In this document: positions 41,106 to 50,714 of the stretch, in pieces | How positions within the stretch are numbered: position 1 is the stretch's first letter | Layout: each line of letters opens with the position of its first letter | Assembly: GCA_963709345.1 (NCBI GenBank) | Contig: CAVPVX010000006.1 | Coordinates: forward strand, 1 to 64,000 | From: an uncultured Actinomycetes bacterium | GTDB taxonomy: Bacteria; Actinomycetota; Thermoleophilia; UBA2241 | Direction: 5' to 3' | Length of the DNA stretch: 64,000 nucleotides | Notes under the pieces: generated by a model | What the model was told of the DNA's origin: nothing | What the model saw: only the letters and a program-made list of their open reading frames with translations | Database searches by the model: none | Position numbers and translations under genes: made by a program

Positions 41106-42212
41106 ATGGGCTTCTTCAGCGGCTGGCGTGGCAAGCTCGTGCTCGTGGCGCTGGGCGTGGCCTGCCTCCTCGGCGTGACCCTGCCTGTGGCCGCCACCGA
41201 GGGCGACGCCACCCCGACCTGGAAACTCAAGAAGTATCAGAGTCGCGGCTGGGATCGCAGCTACAAGTGCGATCTGGCGCAGGAGATGCGCAAGGTGCCG
41301 CGCGTCGTGGTCTACGGCGGTTCACGAGGGCTGCGCATGGATCCGGCGACGATCAAGCGCCGCACCGGACTCACGGCCTTCAACTTCGCTCTCCACAACG
41401 GCCGGCCTGAGGACGCCTGGGCCATCACCGACTGGCTCATCGACAGCCATCCGGACAAGCCCCCTGCAGTGGTCTGGTGCATGCAGGCGACGACCCTCGC
41501 CGACGCGCCGATGGCGCCCGGGCTCTTCAACGACGAGCGCCTCTCCCAGGCGTTTCCCAAGGCGCTCGTCAAGGCCAAGCTGGCGTGGGCGATGCGTCAG
41601 CCGAATCGCAACGTGCTCTCCGGCCGTCGCTACGGCTTCGACGGGATGCTCTGGTGGAACAGCTACGACCGCAAGCGCAAAGAGGGTCTGAGCCTGCAGC
41701 AGTCGCTGACGCACTATCTCGACACCGACATGCTCGCCAGGGCGGGCAACCGCAAGGTGCCGAAGAACACCCGGGCGATGGCGTACTTCGAGCGCACCCT
41801 TCGCCTGCTCAACGTCAGCCACATCAAGCCCGTGATCGTCATCATGCCCTACCATCCGAGAGTGCTGAAGGCGTTCATGTCGGTCGGATGGGGCGTCAAG
41901 CAGAGCTGGCTGGTCAACTATCTCAAGCGGTTGCAGAAGTACTACGATTTCCGTGTCGTCAATTGCCTCCGTATCGGGACCTTCGGCGGCAGCCCCGACG
42001 GCTTCTTCGACGGTTCGCACCTCACGGCCGGTAACTCACGGCGGCTTCTCCGCTACGTCATGAACAAGGCGCCGGGGTGCTTCCGCGTGCCCAAGCCGAC
42101 GCCGACGCCGACTCCATCCGCGAGTCCGAGCGCGAGCCCCTCCACTGTGCCGGCTCCGGCCTACGTACCGGTTCCCGAAGACACGAGCGCACCCGCCGAC
42201 TACCTCGAGTAG
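41106..42212 (+). CDS. Secreted SGNH-like protein (DltD/AlgJ-like) with a Pro/Thr/Ser tail
   Basis: Signal peptide; VVYGGSR, FNFAL and FFDGSHL blocks. Confidence 0.55.
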   Translation: MGFFSGWRGKLVLVALGVACLLGVTLPVAATEGDATPTWKLKKYQSRGWDRSYKCDLAQEMRKVPRVVVYGGSRGLRMDPATIKRRTGLTAFNFALHNGRPEDAWAITDWLIDSHPDKPPAVVWCMQATTLADAPMAPGLFNDERLSQAFPKALVKAKLAWAMRQPNRNVLSGRRYGFDGMLWWNSYDRKRKEGLSLQQSLTHYLDTDMLARAGNRKVPKNTRAMAYFERTLRLLNVSHIKPVIVIMPYHPRVLKAFMSVGWGVKQSWLVNYLKRLQKYYDFRVVNCLRIGTFGGSPDGFFDGSHLTAGNSRRLLRYVMNKAPGCFRVPKPTPTPTPSASPSASPSTVPAPAYVPVPEDTSAPADYLE

Positions 42213-42258
42213 GGGCGCCGCGGGCAGGCGCGCCGCGCCGGCGTCTGCCGGGGGCTGC

Positions 42259-43635
42259 TCAGGCGCCGATCAGTCTCTTGACGTAGCCGGCGCGCTTGCT
42301 CGGCCTCCCCGTGCGCGCCTCCACGGCGTCGGCGCTGTCCATCGCCGCGAGAGCGGCGTTGACCCCGAGCCAGCGCAGCGGTTCCGGCTCCCACGGCTTC
42401 GAGCGGTGGCCGACCCAGGGCAGCCGTGTCAACTCCGTCTCGTGTTCGAGGATGAGGTCGCGCAGCGTGCGCGCCGCAAGATTGGTGGTCGAGACGCCGT
42501 CGCCGACATACGCGCCCGCCCAGGCCATGCCGCTCGGGCGGTCCAGGCCGACGGAGCTGTACCAGTCTCGCGACGCGGCGATCGCGCCGCCCCAGTGGTG
42601 CGTCACCCGGGCGTCGCCGATGGTGGGGAACAGCTCGCCGAGAAGGCGCCGGAGGTGGTCCTGCACCTTCGTCACGCGCTCGTAGCGCTCGCTCAGCCGC
42701 GAGCCGAAATGGTACGGTGCGCCACGGCCGCCGATGGCGATGCGACCATCGTCGGTGTGCATCGCGTAGAAGATGAGGAAGCGGAAGTCGCCGAACACCT
42801 CGTGGTCGCTCCATCCGACCTCGTCCCAGAAGGAGTCCGGGAGCGGTTCGGTGCCGATCATCAAGGAGTAGATCGGCACCACGGCGCGCTCGTAGCCGGG
42901 CAACTCTGGTGTGAACGCTTCGGTGGCGCGCACGACGACGTCGGCGCGGACGTCGCCGGACGCGGTCGCGGCGAGGTGGGGTTCGATGCGCGTCACCGGG
43001 GTGCGCTCGTAGATCGGCACCCCGAGGCGCTCCACCACGTCGGCCAGGCCGCGCGCGAGGCGGGCCGGGTCGACGGCGGCGCCATGCGGCGTGTAGACGG
43101 CGCCGAGGCACCCGGCCACTCTGATGCGCTCCCGCATCTCGGCGGCGCCGAGCATGGCGTAGTCGTCCTCCCCGAATCCCCAGCTGCGCTCGTAGTCGAG
43201 AGCATCCCGGGCGCGCAGCAGTTGGACGGGGGTCGTGGCCAGGTCCAGCTGCCCGCCGATGTGGAAGCGCGCGTCGATCGCCTCGTCGGCCACGACGCGC
43301 GCTATCTCGGTCACCGTCGCGTGCAGTGCGCGCTGCTGATCGACGACAGCTTGGCGACCGTGCGTCTTGGCGGCTGCTTCGCGAGACCCGGGGAACGTCG
43401 TGTGGCACCAGCCGCCGTTGCGCCCGGACGCGCCGAATCCGGCGATCTCGCGCTCGAGTACCGCGACGCGCAGGTGGGGATCGGCCTTCTTGAGGTAGTA
43501 GGCGGTCCAGAGGCCGGTGAATCCGCCGCCGACGACCGCGACGTCCACGGCGAGCGGCCCGGGCAGTGAGGGACGCGGCGTCAGCACGCCGGGCACACCG
43601 TCGAGCCACATGCTGCGGGCGCGGTAGTCGGTCAT
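42259..43635 (-). CDS. FAD-dependent amine oxidoreductase (DAO family, PuuB-like)
   Basis: GGGFTGLWTAY, GASGRNGGW, HHWGG and Y.GDGV. Confidence 0.88.
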   Translation of the reverse strand: MTDYRARSMWLDGVPGVLTPRPSLPGPLAVDVAVVGGGFTGLWTAYYLKKADPHLRVAVLEREIAGFGASGRNGGWCHTTFPGSREAAAKTHGRQAVVDQQRALHATVTEIARVVADEAIDARFHIGGQLDLATTPVQLLRARDALDYERSWGFGEDDYAMLGAAEMRERIRVAGCLGAVYTPHGAAVDPARLARGLADVVERLGVPIYERTPVTRIEPHLAATASGDVRADVVVRATEAFTPELPGYERAVVPIYSLMIGTEPLPDSFWDEVGWSDHEVFGDFRFLIFYAMHTDDGRIAIGGRGAPYHFGSRLSERYERVTKVQDHLRRLLGELFPTIGDARVTHHWGGAIAASRDWYSSVGLDRPSGMAWAGAYVGDGVSTTNLAARTLRDLILEHETELTRLPWVGHRSKPWEPEPLRWLGVNAALAAMDSADAVEARTGRPSKRAGYVKRLIGA

Positions 43636-43772
43636 GTCAAGCTCCTTTGAGGTGAAGGCGTCCTGCACGGCTCGTGGCGAGCGTGGCGTCTCGTGAGAGG
43701 AAGGGATGGGCAGGAGGGACGTACTCGCGACGGCAGGCGACGGGCGAGCGGCTGGTCACGCGGGCCGTCCCA

Positions 43773-44708
43773 CTATGGGACCAGCACGAGCTTGCCGAGC
43801 GCGGGACGCTCCATGAGGATGCTGTGGGCGCGCGCAGCCTCCGCAAGCGGCAGTTCGCGGCCCACGACCGGGCGCAGCCAGCCGTAGCGCATGCCCTCGG
43901 CTATCGCTGCGTGAGCCGCGGCCGTCTCCTCGGCGGTCGCGTTGGGCAGGCGCATCCCGAGGACGGCGCCGTCGGCGTTCATCAGGTCGCGCGCATCGAT
44001 CTCCACGCTGCCACGGCTGCCCACGACTACGACGCGGCCGCGCGGTGCGAGGGCCTTGAGATCGCCGCCCAGGTTCGCGTTCGCCAGGAGTTCGATGACG
44101 ACGTCGAACCCCCGGCCGCCGGCGACGGCTACCGCCGCCTCGAGGTGTGCGGGGTCGCGGTGGTCGAGCACGCGCACGGCGCCCAGCGCCGCGACGAGGT
44201 CGCTGCCCGCCTCGCTCCCCGCGGTCGCGGTGACATCGAGGCCTGTGGCAAGGGCGAACTGGACGGCCGCCATGCCGACCCCGCCGCTGGCGCCGTGGAC
44301 CAGCACGCGCTCGCCGCGCACGCCCGCGGCGCGCTGGACCAGTGCCCGGTGGGCCGTCACGTAGGGCGTGCCGAGGGCCGCGCCCTGCGCGAACGAGAGC
44401 TCGTCGGGCAGGGCGTGCACGTCGCCGCGCCGGCACAGCGCGTAGTCGGCGTAGGTCCCGCTGAGCGAACCGGACACGTAGACCCGCTCGCCGGTATCGG
44501 AACGGAACCCGGCCCCATCGGACCCCGGCGTGCAGGGAAGGGCGGGCAGCTCCACATAGTCGCCCGCCCTCACGTAGGTGTCGACGGGATTCACGCCCGC
44601 GGCCTGGATGCGAACGAGGACCTCGCCCTCGACCGGCTCCGGCTCCGGCACCTCTTCGAGTCTGAGGACGTCCGGCTGGCCGAACTCGTGGAAGCGGACG
44701 GCGCGCAT
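43773..44708 (-). CDS. NADPH:quinone reductase (zeta-crystallin/MDR family)
   Basis: AGVNPVD.Y.R.G, PGSDGAG, HGASGGVG and GKLVL. Confidence 0.9.
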   Translation of the reverse strand: MRAVRFHEFGQPDVLRLEEVPEPEPVEGEVLVRIQAAGVNPVDTYVRAGDYVELPALPCTPGSDGAGFRSDTGERVYVSGSLSGTYADYALCRRGDVHALPDELSFAQGAALGTPYVTAHRALVQRAAGVRGERVLVHGASGGVGMAAVQFALATGLDVTATAGSEAGSDLVAALGAVRVLDHRDPAHLEAAVAVAGGRGFDVVIELLANANLGGDLKALAPRGRVVVVGSRGSVEIDARDLMNADGAVLGMRLPNATAEETAAAHAAIAEGMRYGWLRPVVGRELPLAEAARAHSILMERPALGKLVLVP

Positions 44709-44710
44709 GC

Positions 44711-46180
44711 TCAGTCCGGGATCGGGTGAAGCGAATCGGCGATCCGGGTCAGCTCGTTGCGGGTGAGGTCGCCGGCGATGCCGACGGTCATGCGGTCGTC
44801 GACGCCCGTGCAGACGTAGAGGTGCGGCCAGTCCGGCAGGCCCAGGACCAGCTGCGCCACCTCGCCGCGCAGGCTGCCGTAGGTGACGGGCACCGGCGTG
44901 GATTCGGTAAGGGCCATCGAGTTCTCGTCGAAGGGATCGTCGGAGCCGGGCGGGTTGTCGTGACGCCAGCGGCTGACGATACAGAAGCGGTCGAAGCCGC
45001 GCCGGTAGGTCAGGACCACCGTGAGTGAGTCGACCTCGCCGGCAGCGACCGTCTGGTCGACGCCGCTGAAGGCTCCGTTGACGGCCCCGGTGACCCCACT
45101 CAGCCGGTAGCCGTCGGGAACCCACGAGGTCGTGAGGGGGGTGAAGGCCGTCCTCGCGCTCGGCCTGCCGCGGAGGACCCCTGTCGACTCCTCGTCCGGA
45201 GCCAGTTGACGCCCGAGGCGAGCCGCCGCGCGCAGGCTCATGCGGCGGAAGTGCTTGCTCACGGGGATGAGCCCGTGGTCGACGTGGCCGGCCAGCGTGA
45301 AGACGCCGCGCGGTACGTCGCCGCCGACGAACACGTTCTCGATGCGCGTGCCGCTGACATCCCCGTCGGCGCTCCAGTGCTCGACCAGCAGCGGGTACCC
45401 GGACTCCGCGTCGACGACGATGTGGGCCGATCCGTCGGCGCTGCCGCCGACCAGGGGCTCGGGGACGGTGATCGACCACGCCGTGCGCTCTTCATAGGTG
45501 ACCGGCCGGACCGGCACATCGGGGTCGAGCTCGGCGATGACCGCGCGCGCGTAGGCCGCGATGCTGCGGTCGAGGACCTGCGAGGCGCCCATCCACGGGC
45601 TGAAGAAGGGTCCCGCGTCCGGCAGGTCCAGGGCCATCTCGGAGCACAGGATGCGACCGTCGTGGTACACGTACCGTCGTGCGACCCGGCCCCGGGCGTC
45701 GTAGGTGTAGGTGACGTCCTGGCCGTCGTGGACGATCTTGTAGTCGCCGCGCGACGTGAAGTTGAACGATCCGGCGTTGCGCTCGAAGGGCCGTCCGCGC
45801 ACGGTGCCGTACTCGATCACGTCGCCGCGGATGCTGTCCAGACGAGAGAGCGCCTGCTGTACCTCGGTGAGTACGGTGTCGGCGGTCGCCGCATCGGGAG
45901 CCGAGCCGCCGAGGCCGGGGATGCCGGACCAGCTGACGGCGACGGCCGCGACGACGGCTGCCGCGGTCGCTGCGGCGGCGGTGATGCGGACCAGGCGGCT
46001 GGCCGCGGGGGGCGTGCGCCACCGCAGTCGCTTGGGCGGCCGTTGCGGCCGCCGCCGCCCGCCGCCGCTGCCGGGCGTCGTGCGGATGCGCTCGCGGGTG
46101 CGCTCGAAGTGATCCGGCCGGTGCGGCGGGATGGGAGATTCGCGCAGCTCGCGCCCGAGATCGTCGTTCCAGCGGCTCAT
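44711..46180 (-). CDS. Probable anti-sigma factor with a LolA/RseB-like extracellular domain
   Basis: ATGA overlap with the ECF sigma stop; short cytoplasmic N-terminus, TM, large beta-rich domain. Confidence 0.65.
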   Translation of the reverse strand: MSRWNDDLGRELRESPIPPHRPDHFERTRERIRTTPGSGGGRRRPQRPPKRLRWRTPPAASRLVRITAAAATAAAVVAAVAVSWSGIPGLGGSAPDAATADTVLTEVQQALSRLDSIRGDVIEYGTVRGRPFERNAGSFNFTSRGDYKIVHDGQDVTYTYDARGRVARRYVYHDGRILCSEMALDLPDAGPFFSPWMGASQVLDRSIAAYARAVIAELDPDVPVRPVTYEERTAWSITVPEPLVGGSADGSAHIVVDAESGYPLLVEHWSADGDVSGTRIENVFVGGDVPRGVFTLAGHVDHGLIPVSKHFRRMSLRAAARLGRQLAPDEESTGVLRGRPSARTAFTPLTTSWVPDGYRLSGVTGAVNGAFSGVDQTVAAGEVDSLTVVLTYRRGFDRFCIVSRWRHDNPPGSDDPFDENSMALTESTPVPVTYGSLRGEVAQLVLGLPDWPHLYVCTGVDDRMTVGIAGDLTRNELTRIADSLHPIPD

Positions 46181-46746
46181 GAGATCTGCTCCCGCGTGTA
46201 CGCCGGCTCGGTGAGCAGCGTGCGCAGCCGCGCGCGTGCGGCTGCCAGACGCGAGGAGACGGTGCCCTCGGGCACTCCCGTCACCTCGGAGGCGGTGCGG
46301 TAGTCGTAGCCGTACTGGTGGACCAGGATGACAAGGACGCGCTGCTCGACCGGGAGCCGGTCCAGCGCGTCCTCGAGGTCGGCCCAGCGCGTGACGAGGT
46401 CGCACGGGTCGTCGCAGGCGCAGTCGGCGCACAGCTCGTCGGCCGTGAGCAGCTGGAAGCGGCGCTCACGGCGCAAGTAGTCGAGACACGTGGTGTACGT
46501 GATGCGGTACAGCCACGTACCGACCTCGCTCTCGCCGCGGAACCGGGGCAGCGCCTGGTAGGCCTTGATGGACGCGTCCTGGAGGGCGTCGTCCATGAGG
46601 CCGGGGTCGCGGAGCATCCTGAAGGCGAGGGCGCGCAACCGGCTGTCGTAGTGCTTGAGCATGCGCACGAAGGCCTCGTCGTCGCCGCGCCTCGCGGCGG
46701 TCACGGTCCGTTCGTCTACTTCGCGTTCTGCAAGGTCGTAGGTCAC
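46177..46746 (-). CDS. ECF sigma-70 factor
   Basis: GD..AF..., D..Q, F.G.S..TWLYRI, and region 4 GTV.SRL..AR. Confidence 0.92.
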   Translation of the reverse strand: MTYDLAEREVDERTVTAARRGDDEAFVRMLKHYDSRLRALAFRMLRDPGLMDDALQDASIKAYQALPRFRGESEVGTWLYRITYTTCLDYLRRERRFQLLTADELCADCACDDPCDLVTRWADLEDALDRLPVEQRVLVILVHQYGYDYRTASEVTGVPEGTVSSRLAAARARLRTLLTEPAYTREQIS

Positions 46747-46864
46747 TCGCTCGCATCCCTGCCCCGTGCCGTAGGCTGTGGGGCTGCTGAGAGATTAGAC
46801 GCCGCGGTGCCGCCGATCCGTCGGCGTTGCGGGCCGGTGGGCTCGTGTGTCGTCGTGAAAGTCT

Positions 46865-46911
46865 ACAGCCCCGGCGGGCGGCGCGTTTTCTGCGCCGCCC
46901 GCCGGGGCTGT
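46865..46911. terminator. Strong stem-loop downstream of 46962-47957
   Basis: 20-bp perfect stem ACAGCCCCGGCGGGCGGCGC/GCGCCGCCCGCCGGGGCTGT with a 7-nt loop. Confidence 0.6.
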
Positions 46912-46961
46912 CTCTCCGCTCGCTCAGGCCGGTTCGTAGACGGCTGGGGGCTGGGGCCGGC

Positions 46962-47957
46962 TCACGGCACGGTGTAGGTCAGGCCGTTGCTCAGGTAGCC
47001 GGTCAGCTTGTAGCTCTGCCCCCCGTTCAGCTGCTCGTACACATACCCACCCGGGGATGTGCCCGGCGCCATGGGCTGGCTCGTGAACGGGTTCACCGGC
47101 CAGGGATCGACGTACTGCGCGACGCCACCGCCGCTCACGACGTCCTGCGCCGCCGGGTACAGGTTGTTGTTGTTCGTCGCCCAGGTGACGATGCCGATCT
47201 GCAGCTTGGCGATGCCGTCGATCACCTGCTGGTCCGCCGACGGCGAGACGCTTGGACTGGGGCTCGCGGTCTGCGTCGGCGTGAGCGTGGGCGTCGGGCT
47301 GGGCGACGGCGTGGGAGAGGGCGACGGGCTGGTCGGCAGGAGCACGTCGGCGCGCACGAAGACGACGGGGTCCGTCTTGAGGTCTCCCGAGGTGAAGCGA
47401 AGCGAGAGCCGGTCGCTTGCGGTCTCGTGCGTGAGCGTCGCCGCCACCTTCCCGGTCGCGCCCTGGATGTCGAGGGCGGCGGCGTCGACGGTCGTCTCGA
47501 GCTTTCCGTCGACGAGGTCGGCGACCGCGGACCCGGCCGGCTTGAGTTGGTCGTCGAACTGCTTGATCCGGAACTGGTCGTTGCCGGTGCGGGTGATGAC
47601 GAGCCCTCCGCCGGTCATCGCCGCGGGTGACCAGGTGCCGATGAACTCGTCTCCGGTGGCCGAGTCGGTGGGCCGCAGGTAGAAGAACCAGACGGCGGCC
47701 ACGGCGATCACGGCGATCAGGGCGACGATGACCCACACCCACCAGGGCATGCCCGATCCGGAACTCTGCGGCCGGCTCATCATGAGGGTCGGTTGCATCG
47801 GCGGCGGCGGAGGCTTCGCGCCGCCCGCCGCCGGCATCACGCGGGTGGCGTCCGTGCTGTCGCCGCTCAGTACCTGTGTCGCGCCCTCGTCTGCGGGGGG
47901 CACCACCCGGGTCACGTCGGTGTCGTCGGGCAGTCTGCCCGTTGTCTCATCGTCCAT
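46962..47957 (-). CDS. Single-pass membrane protein: Thr-motif cytoplasmic tail, TM, G-x-W domain, PT linker, pilin-head-like module
   Basis: DEFIGTWS domain; PSPTP linker; WPVNPFTS..GGYVY...YKLTGYLSNG. Confidence 0.72.
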   Translation of the reverse strand: MDDETTGRLPDDTDVTRVVPPADEGATQVLSGDSTDATRVMPAAGGAKPPPPPMQPTLMMSRPQSSGSGMPWWVWVIVALIAVIAVAAVWFFYLRPTDSATGDEFIGTWSPAAMTGGGLVITRTGNDQFRIKQFDDQLKPAGSAVADLVDGKLETTVDAAALDIQGATGKVAATLTHETASDRLSLRFTSGDLKTDPVVFVRADVLLPTSPSPSPTPSPSPTPTLTPTQTASPSPSVSPSADQQVIDGIAKLQIGIVTWATNNNNLYPAAQDVVSGGGVAQYVDPWPVNPFTSQPMAPGTSPGGYVYEQLNGGQSYKLTGYLSNGLTYTVP

Positions 47958-48017
47958 GCTCGCCCTCCGCGCCGTGGTGACTACCGAGTAGTGGTGCCTC
48001 TCCTGTATTTGCCCAGT

Positions 48018-49307
48018 TCATGAACTTCCCTGTTCGAGTGACTTCCAAAGGTCGAAGAACGTGGGGCACGTCTTGGTGACGCAATCCGGGTCCTCAACGA
48101 CGATTCCGGGGACGCGCAGGCCGAGGACGGAGAACGCCATGGCGATACGGTGGTCGCCGTGCGGGTCGACACGACCCCCCGAGGGGGCGCCCGGGTGGAT
48201 GCGGACGAAATCCGTGCCTGATTCGGCGCGCACGCCCAGGCGGCGCAGATTGTCTTCCACGGCCTTGATGCGGTCGGACTCCTTGAGGCGGACGTTGCCG
48301 ATGCCCGTGATCGTGACCGGCGAGGTGGCCAATGGGGCGATCGCAGCGAGGGTCATGAACGTGTCGGAGATGTCGCTCATGTCCACTGTGATGCCGGAGA
48401 GGGAGCCGGGGCCGGTGACGCGAACGCCTGCAGGCTCGTCGACGACCGCGCAGCCCATCGCCTCGAGGACGTCCAGAAAACGGATGTCGCCCTGCAGGCA
48501 GCGGTCGCGATGCAATCCGCGGACGAGCACTCGCCCGCACAGGGCTGCCGCGGCGAAGAAGTACGACGCAGTGGACGCGTCGGGCTCCACGATGTAATCG
48601 CGCCCTCGATACATGGCCGGCGGCACGACGAAGCGCTGGTGTCCCTCGCCGGAGACGGCGACGCCGAAGTCGGCCATCATCGCCACCGTCATGTCGACGT
48701 AGGGGCGGCTGACGAGTCCTTCGACCGTGAGCTCGAGCGAGGTGCGAGCCAGGGGTGCGGCCATCAGCAGCGCCGAGACGAACTGGCTGGAAGTGTCGCC
48801 GGGCAGACACAGCTTACCGCCCGCCAACCCGCGCGCGTGAAGCGTGAGCGGGAGGGCTTCGGCGCCGGCCGGCTCGATGAGGGCGCCCTGGGCGCGGAGC
48901 GCGCCGAGGAGCGGCGCCAGGGGGCGGCGCCTGAGCTGCGGCGCCGCGTCGAACCGGTAGGCGCCGCCGCCGCCGGCGGCCGCCGCGAGGAGGAAGCGCG
49001 CCGCCGTACCCGCCTCGGCGCAGTAGACGTCCGCGTCGCGCGCGGGGATGCTCCCCGCGCCGCCGGCGACATGCCAGGCGCCGTGGGCTTCGGCGACGGA
49101 GAAGCCGAGGTCGCGGAGCCCGCCGGCGAAGGCCAGCGTGTCGTCGGCGGCGAGGATGCCGCGCAGCACGGACTCTCCGTCTGCGAGGGCGGCGAGCAGA
49201 AGCGCCCGGTTGGTGATGCTCTTGGAGCCCGGCACCTCGACGCCGGCGTCGAGATCCGGGCGGGCCGGGCGAATCGGGCGCGGAGCGCTGGCGTGGACGG
49301 TGCTCAT
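48018..49307 (-). CDS. aroA: 3-phosphoshikimate 1-carboxyvinyltransferase
   Basis: PGSKSITNR, AGTAARF, SSQFVS, KESDRI, DHRIAM and KT.P.F. Confidence 0.95.
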   Translation of the reverse strand: MSTVHASAPRPIRPARPDLDAGVEVPGSKSITNRALLLAALADGESVLRGILAADDTLAFAGGLRDLGFSVAEAHGAWHVAGGAGSIPARDADVYCAEAGTAARFLLAAAAGGGGAYRFDAAPQLRRRPLAPLLGALRAQGALIEPAGAEALPLTLHARGLAGGKLCLPGDTSSQFVSALLMAAPLARTSLELTVEGLVSRPYVDMTVAMMADFGVAVSGEGHQRFVVPPAMYRGRDYIVEPDASTASYFFAAAALCGRVLVRGLHRDRCLQGDIRFLDVLEAMGCAVVDEPAGVRVTGPGSLSGITVDMSDISDTFMTLAAIAPLATSPVTITGIGNVRLKESDRIKAVEDNLRRLGVRAESGTDFVRIHPGAPSGGRVDPHGDHRIAMAFSVLGLRVPGIVVEDPDCVTKTCPTFFDLWKSLEQGSS

Positions 49308-49329
49308 CGCCCGGATGATACAGCAGCGC

Positions 49330-49690
49330 CTACCTGAGCTCCGTGGCAACGTAGACGGCGACCGCTTCGATCTCCGCTGTCGTCAGTTGTCCCGAGAAGG
49401 CCGGCATGGAGCCGCCGCCGTTCTCCACCTGGTCCGTGATAGTCGGCGAGGTCGTCCTCGCCGCGGATGGCCGGGGCGCTTCCACCGCCTCCGTCGGAGC
49501 CGTGGCAGCCGGCGCAGTTGCCGGCGAAGACGGAGGCGCCGTCGGCCGTGCCGGCAGGAGACTCGGCCGCGGCGGGTGTGGTCGCCGCCGGGCTCTCCGC
49601 CTCGGCGCCGCCACCGTCGTCGCCGCCGCACGCCGCGACGCCGAGTACGAGGGCGCACGTGACGAGAGTGGCCGCAAGGATCCTTCGCAT
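49330..49690 (-). CDS. Monoheme cytochrome c lipoprotein; apparent +1 frameshift near 49441
   Basis: Lipobox VAAC, CAGCH; NGGGSMPAF...LT.AEI.AVA.YV in the shifted frame. Confidence 0.85.
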
Positions 49691-49775
49691 GGGCGCTCCT
49701 TTGGTCCGCTGTGTGCCGGCGTCTTGCCCGCTTGCGGCGCGGGCCAACCGCGTTACGGGACCGGCCCGGGCGGGC

Positions 49776-50714
49776 TCAGGACGAAAGGCTCTTCGAGTAG
49801 AGCTCGTACGCCGAGCTGATCTGCATCCCCGCGCGCTCGTAGACCCGCAGCGGGTGCGTCTCGCCTTCGGCGTCGACGCCGAGATCGATGCGCGTCTGCC
49901 CGCGCCGCGCGAACTCGGCGAAGGCGTGCGTGAGCATCGCGCCGCCCAGACCGCGGCGGCGCCACTCGCGCCGCACCCCCAGGCCCTTGATCCAGCCCAG
50001 GTCTCCGTGATCGTAGGCGATGAGGGCTCCGACGGGTTCGTCACCGTCCCACGCGAGCCACCATAGCCGCGGATCGAAGTCGGCGTGGCCCAGGAGCCGC
50101 GCGCGCCAGGAGTCGAACGGCTCCTCGCTGTGCCGGAAGTGGTCGGTGAACGCGGCGTTCATCGTCTCGTACATGACCCGCCGGTCGGCGTCCGCGCGGA
50201 ACGCGCGGATCTCGATGCCGGCCGGGACCGGCAGAGACGGCGGGCCTGACGTGAGGTCCGCGGTCATGCGGAAGACGGTACGGGCGACGCGGTACCCATG
50301 CCTGCGCAGCAGGTCGCGTTTGGCGTCGCCGACGGTGATGCAGAAGACGTCGAGCGAAGCGTCGCCGTAGCCACTCGCGTCGGCCAGCTCCGCGGCGCGC
50401 CGCTCGGCGAGACCGAGCAGGCGGTCGGCAAGACCTTCCTCGTGGTGCCCGGGGTGCACCCACAGGTCGGCCTCGAGCTCGCCGGTGCGGTACTGGTCGC
50501 CCGCGTACGCGTAGCCCACCAGCCGGCCGCCGGGTCCCTCGGCCACCCACGCGTCGCGGCCCGGGTCGAAGCCGTCCATCGACCAGTCGTTCTCGAGGTC
50601 CTCCATCGTGCTGTCGGGCTCGCCGATCTCGGCGATGTCGCAGGCGACGAGGAGGTCGAGGACCTCAGGGAGGTCGCCACGCGTCGCGGCCCGGATGCGG
50701 CTCGGCCCGTTCAC
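49776..50714 (-). CDS. Tandem GNAT acetyltransferase (MshD-like architecture)
   Basis: Two GNAT lobes; LGV..EWRRRGLG and LGVD...Y.RAG. Confidence 0.82.
   Translation of the reverse strand: MNGPSRIRAATRGDLPEVLDLLVACDIAEIGEPDSTMEDLENDWSMDGFDPGRDAWVAEGPGGRLVGYAYAGDQYRTGELEADLWVHPGHHEEGLADRLLGLAERRAAELADASGYGDASLDVFCITVGDAKRDLLRRHGYRVARTVFRMTADLTSGPPSLPVPAGIEIRAFRADADRRVMYETMNAAFTDHFRHSEEPFDSWRARLLGHADFDPRLWWLAWDGDEPVGALIAYDHGDLGWIKGLGVRREWRRRGLGGAMLTHAFAEFARRGQTRIDLGVDAEGETHPLRVYERAGMQISSAYELYSKSLSS

Noticed and set aside
42090-42170. Short tandem-like repeats (also ~47250-47335)
   Set aside because: They encode ordinary Pro/Thr/Ser linkers within proteins.
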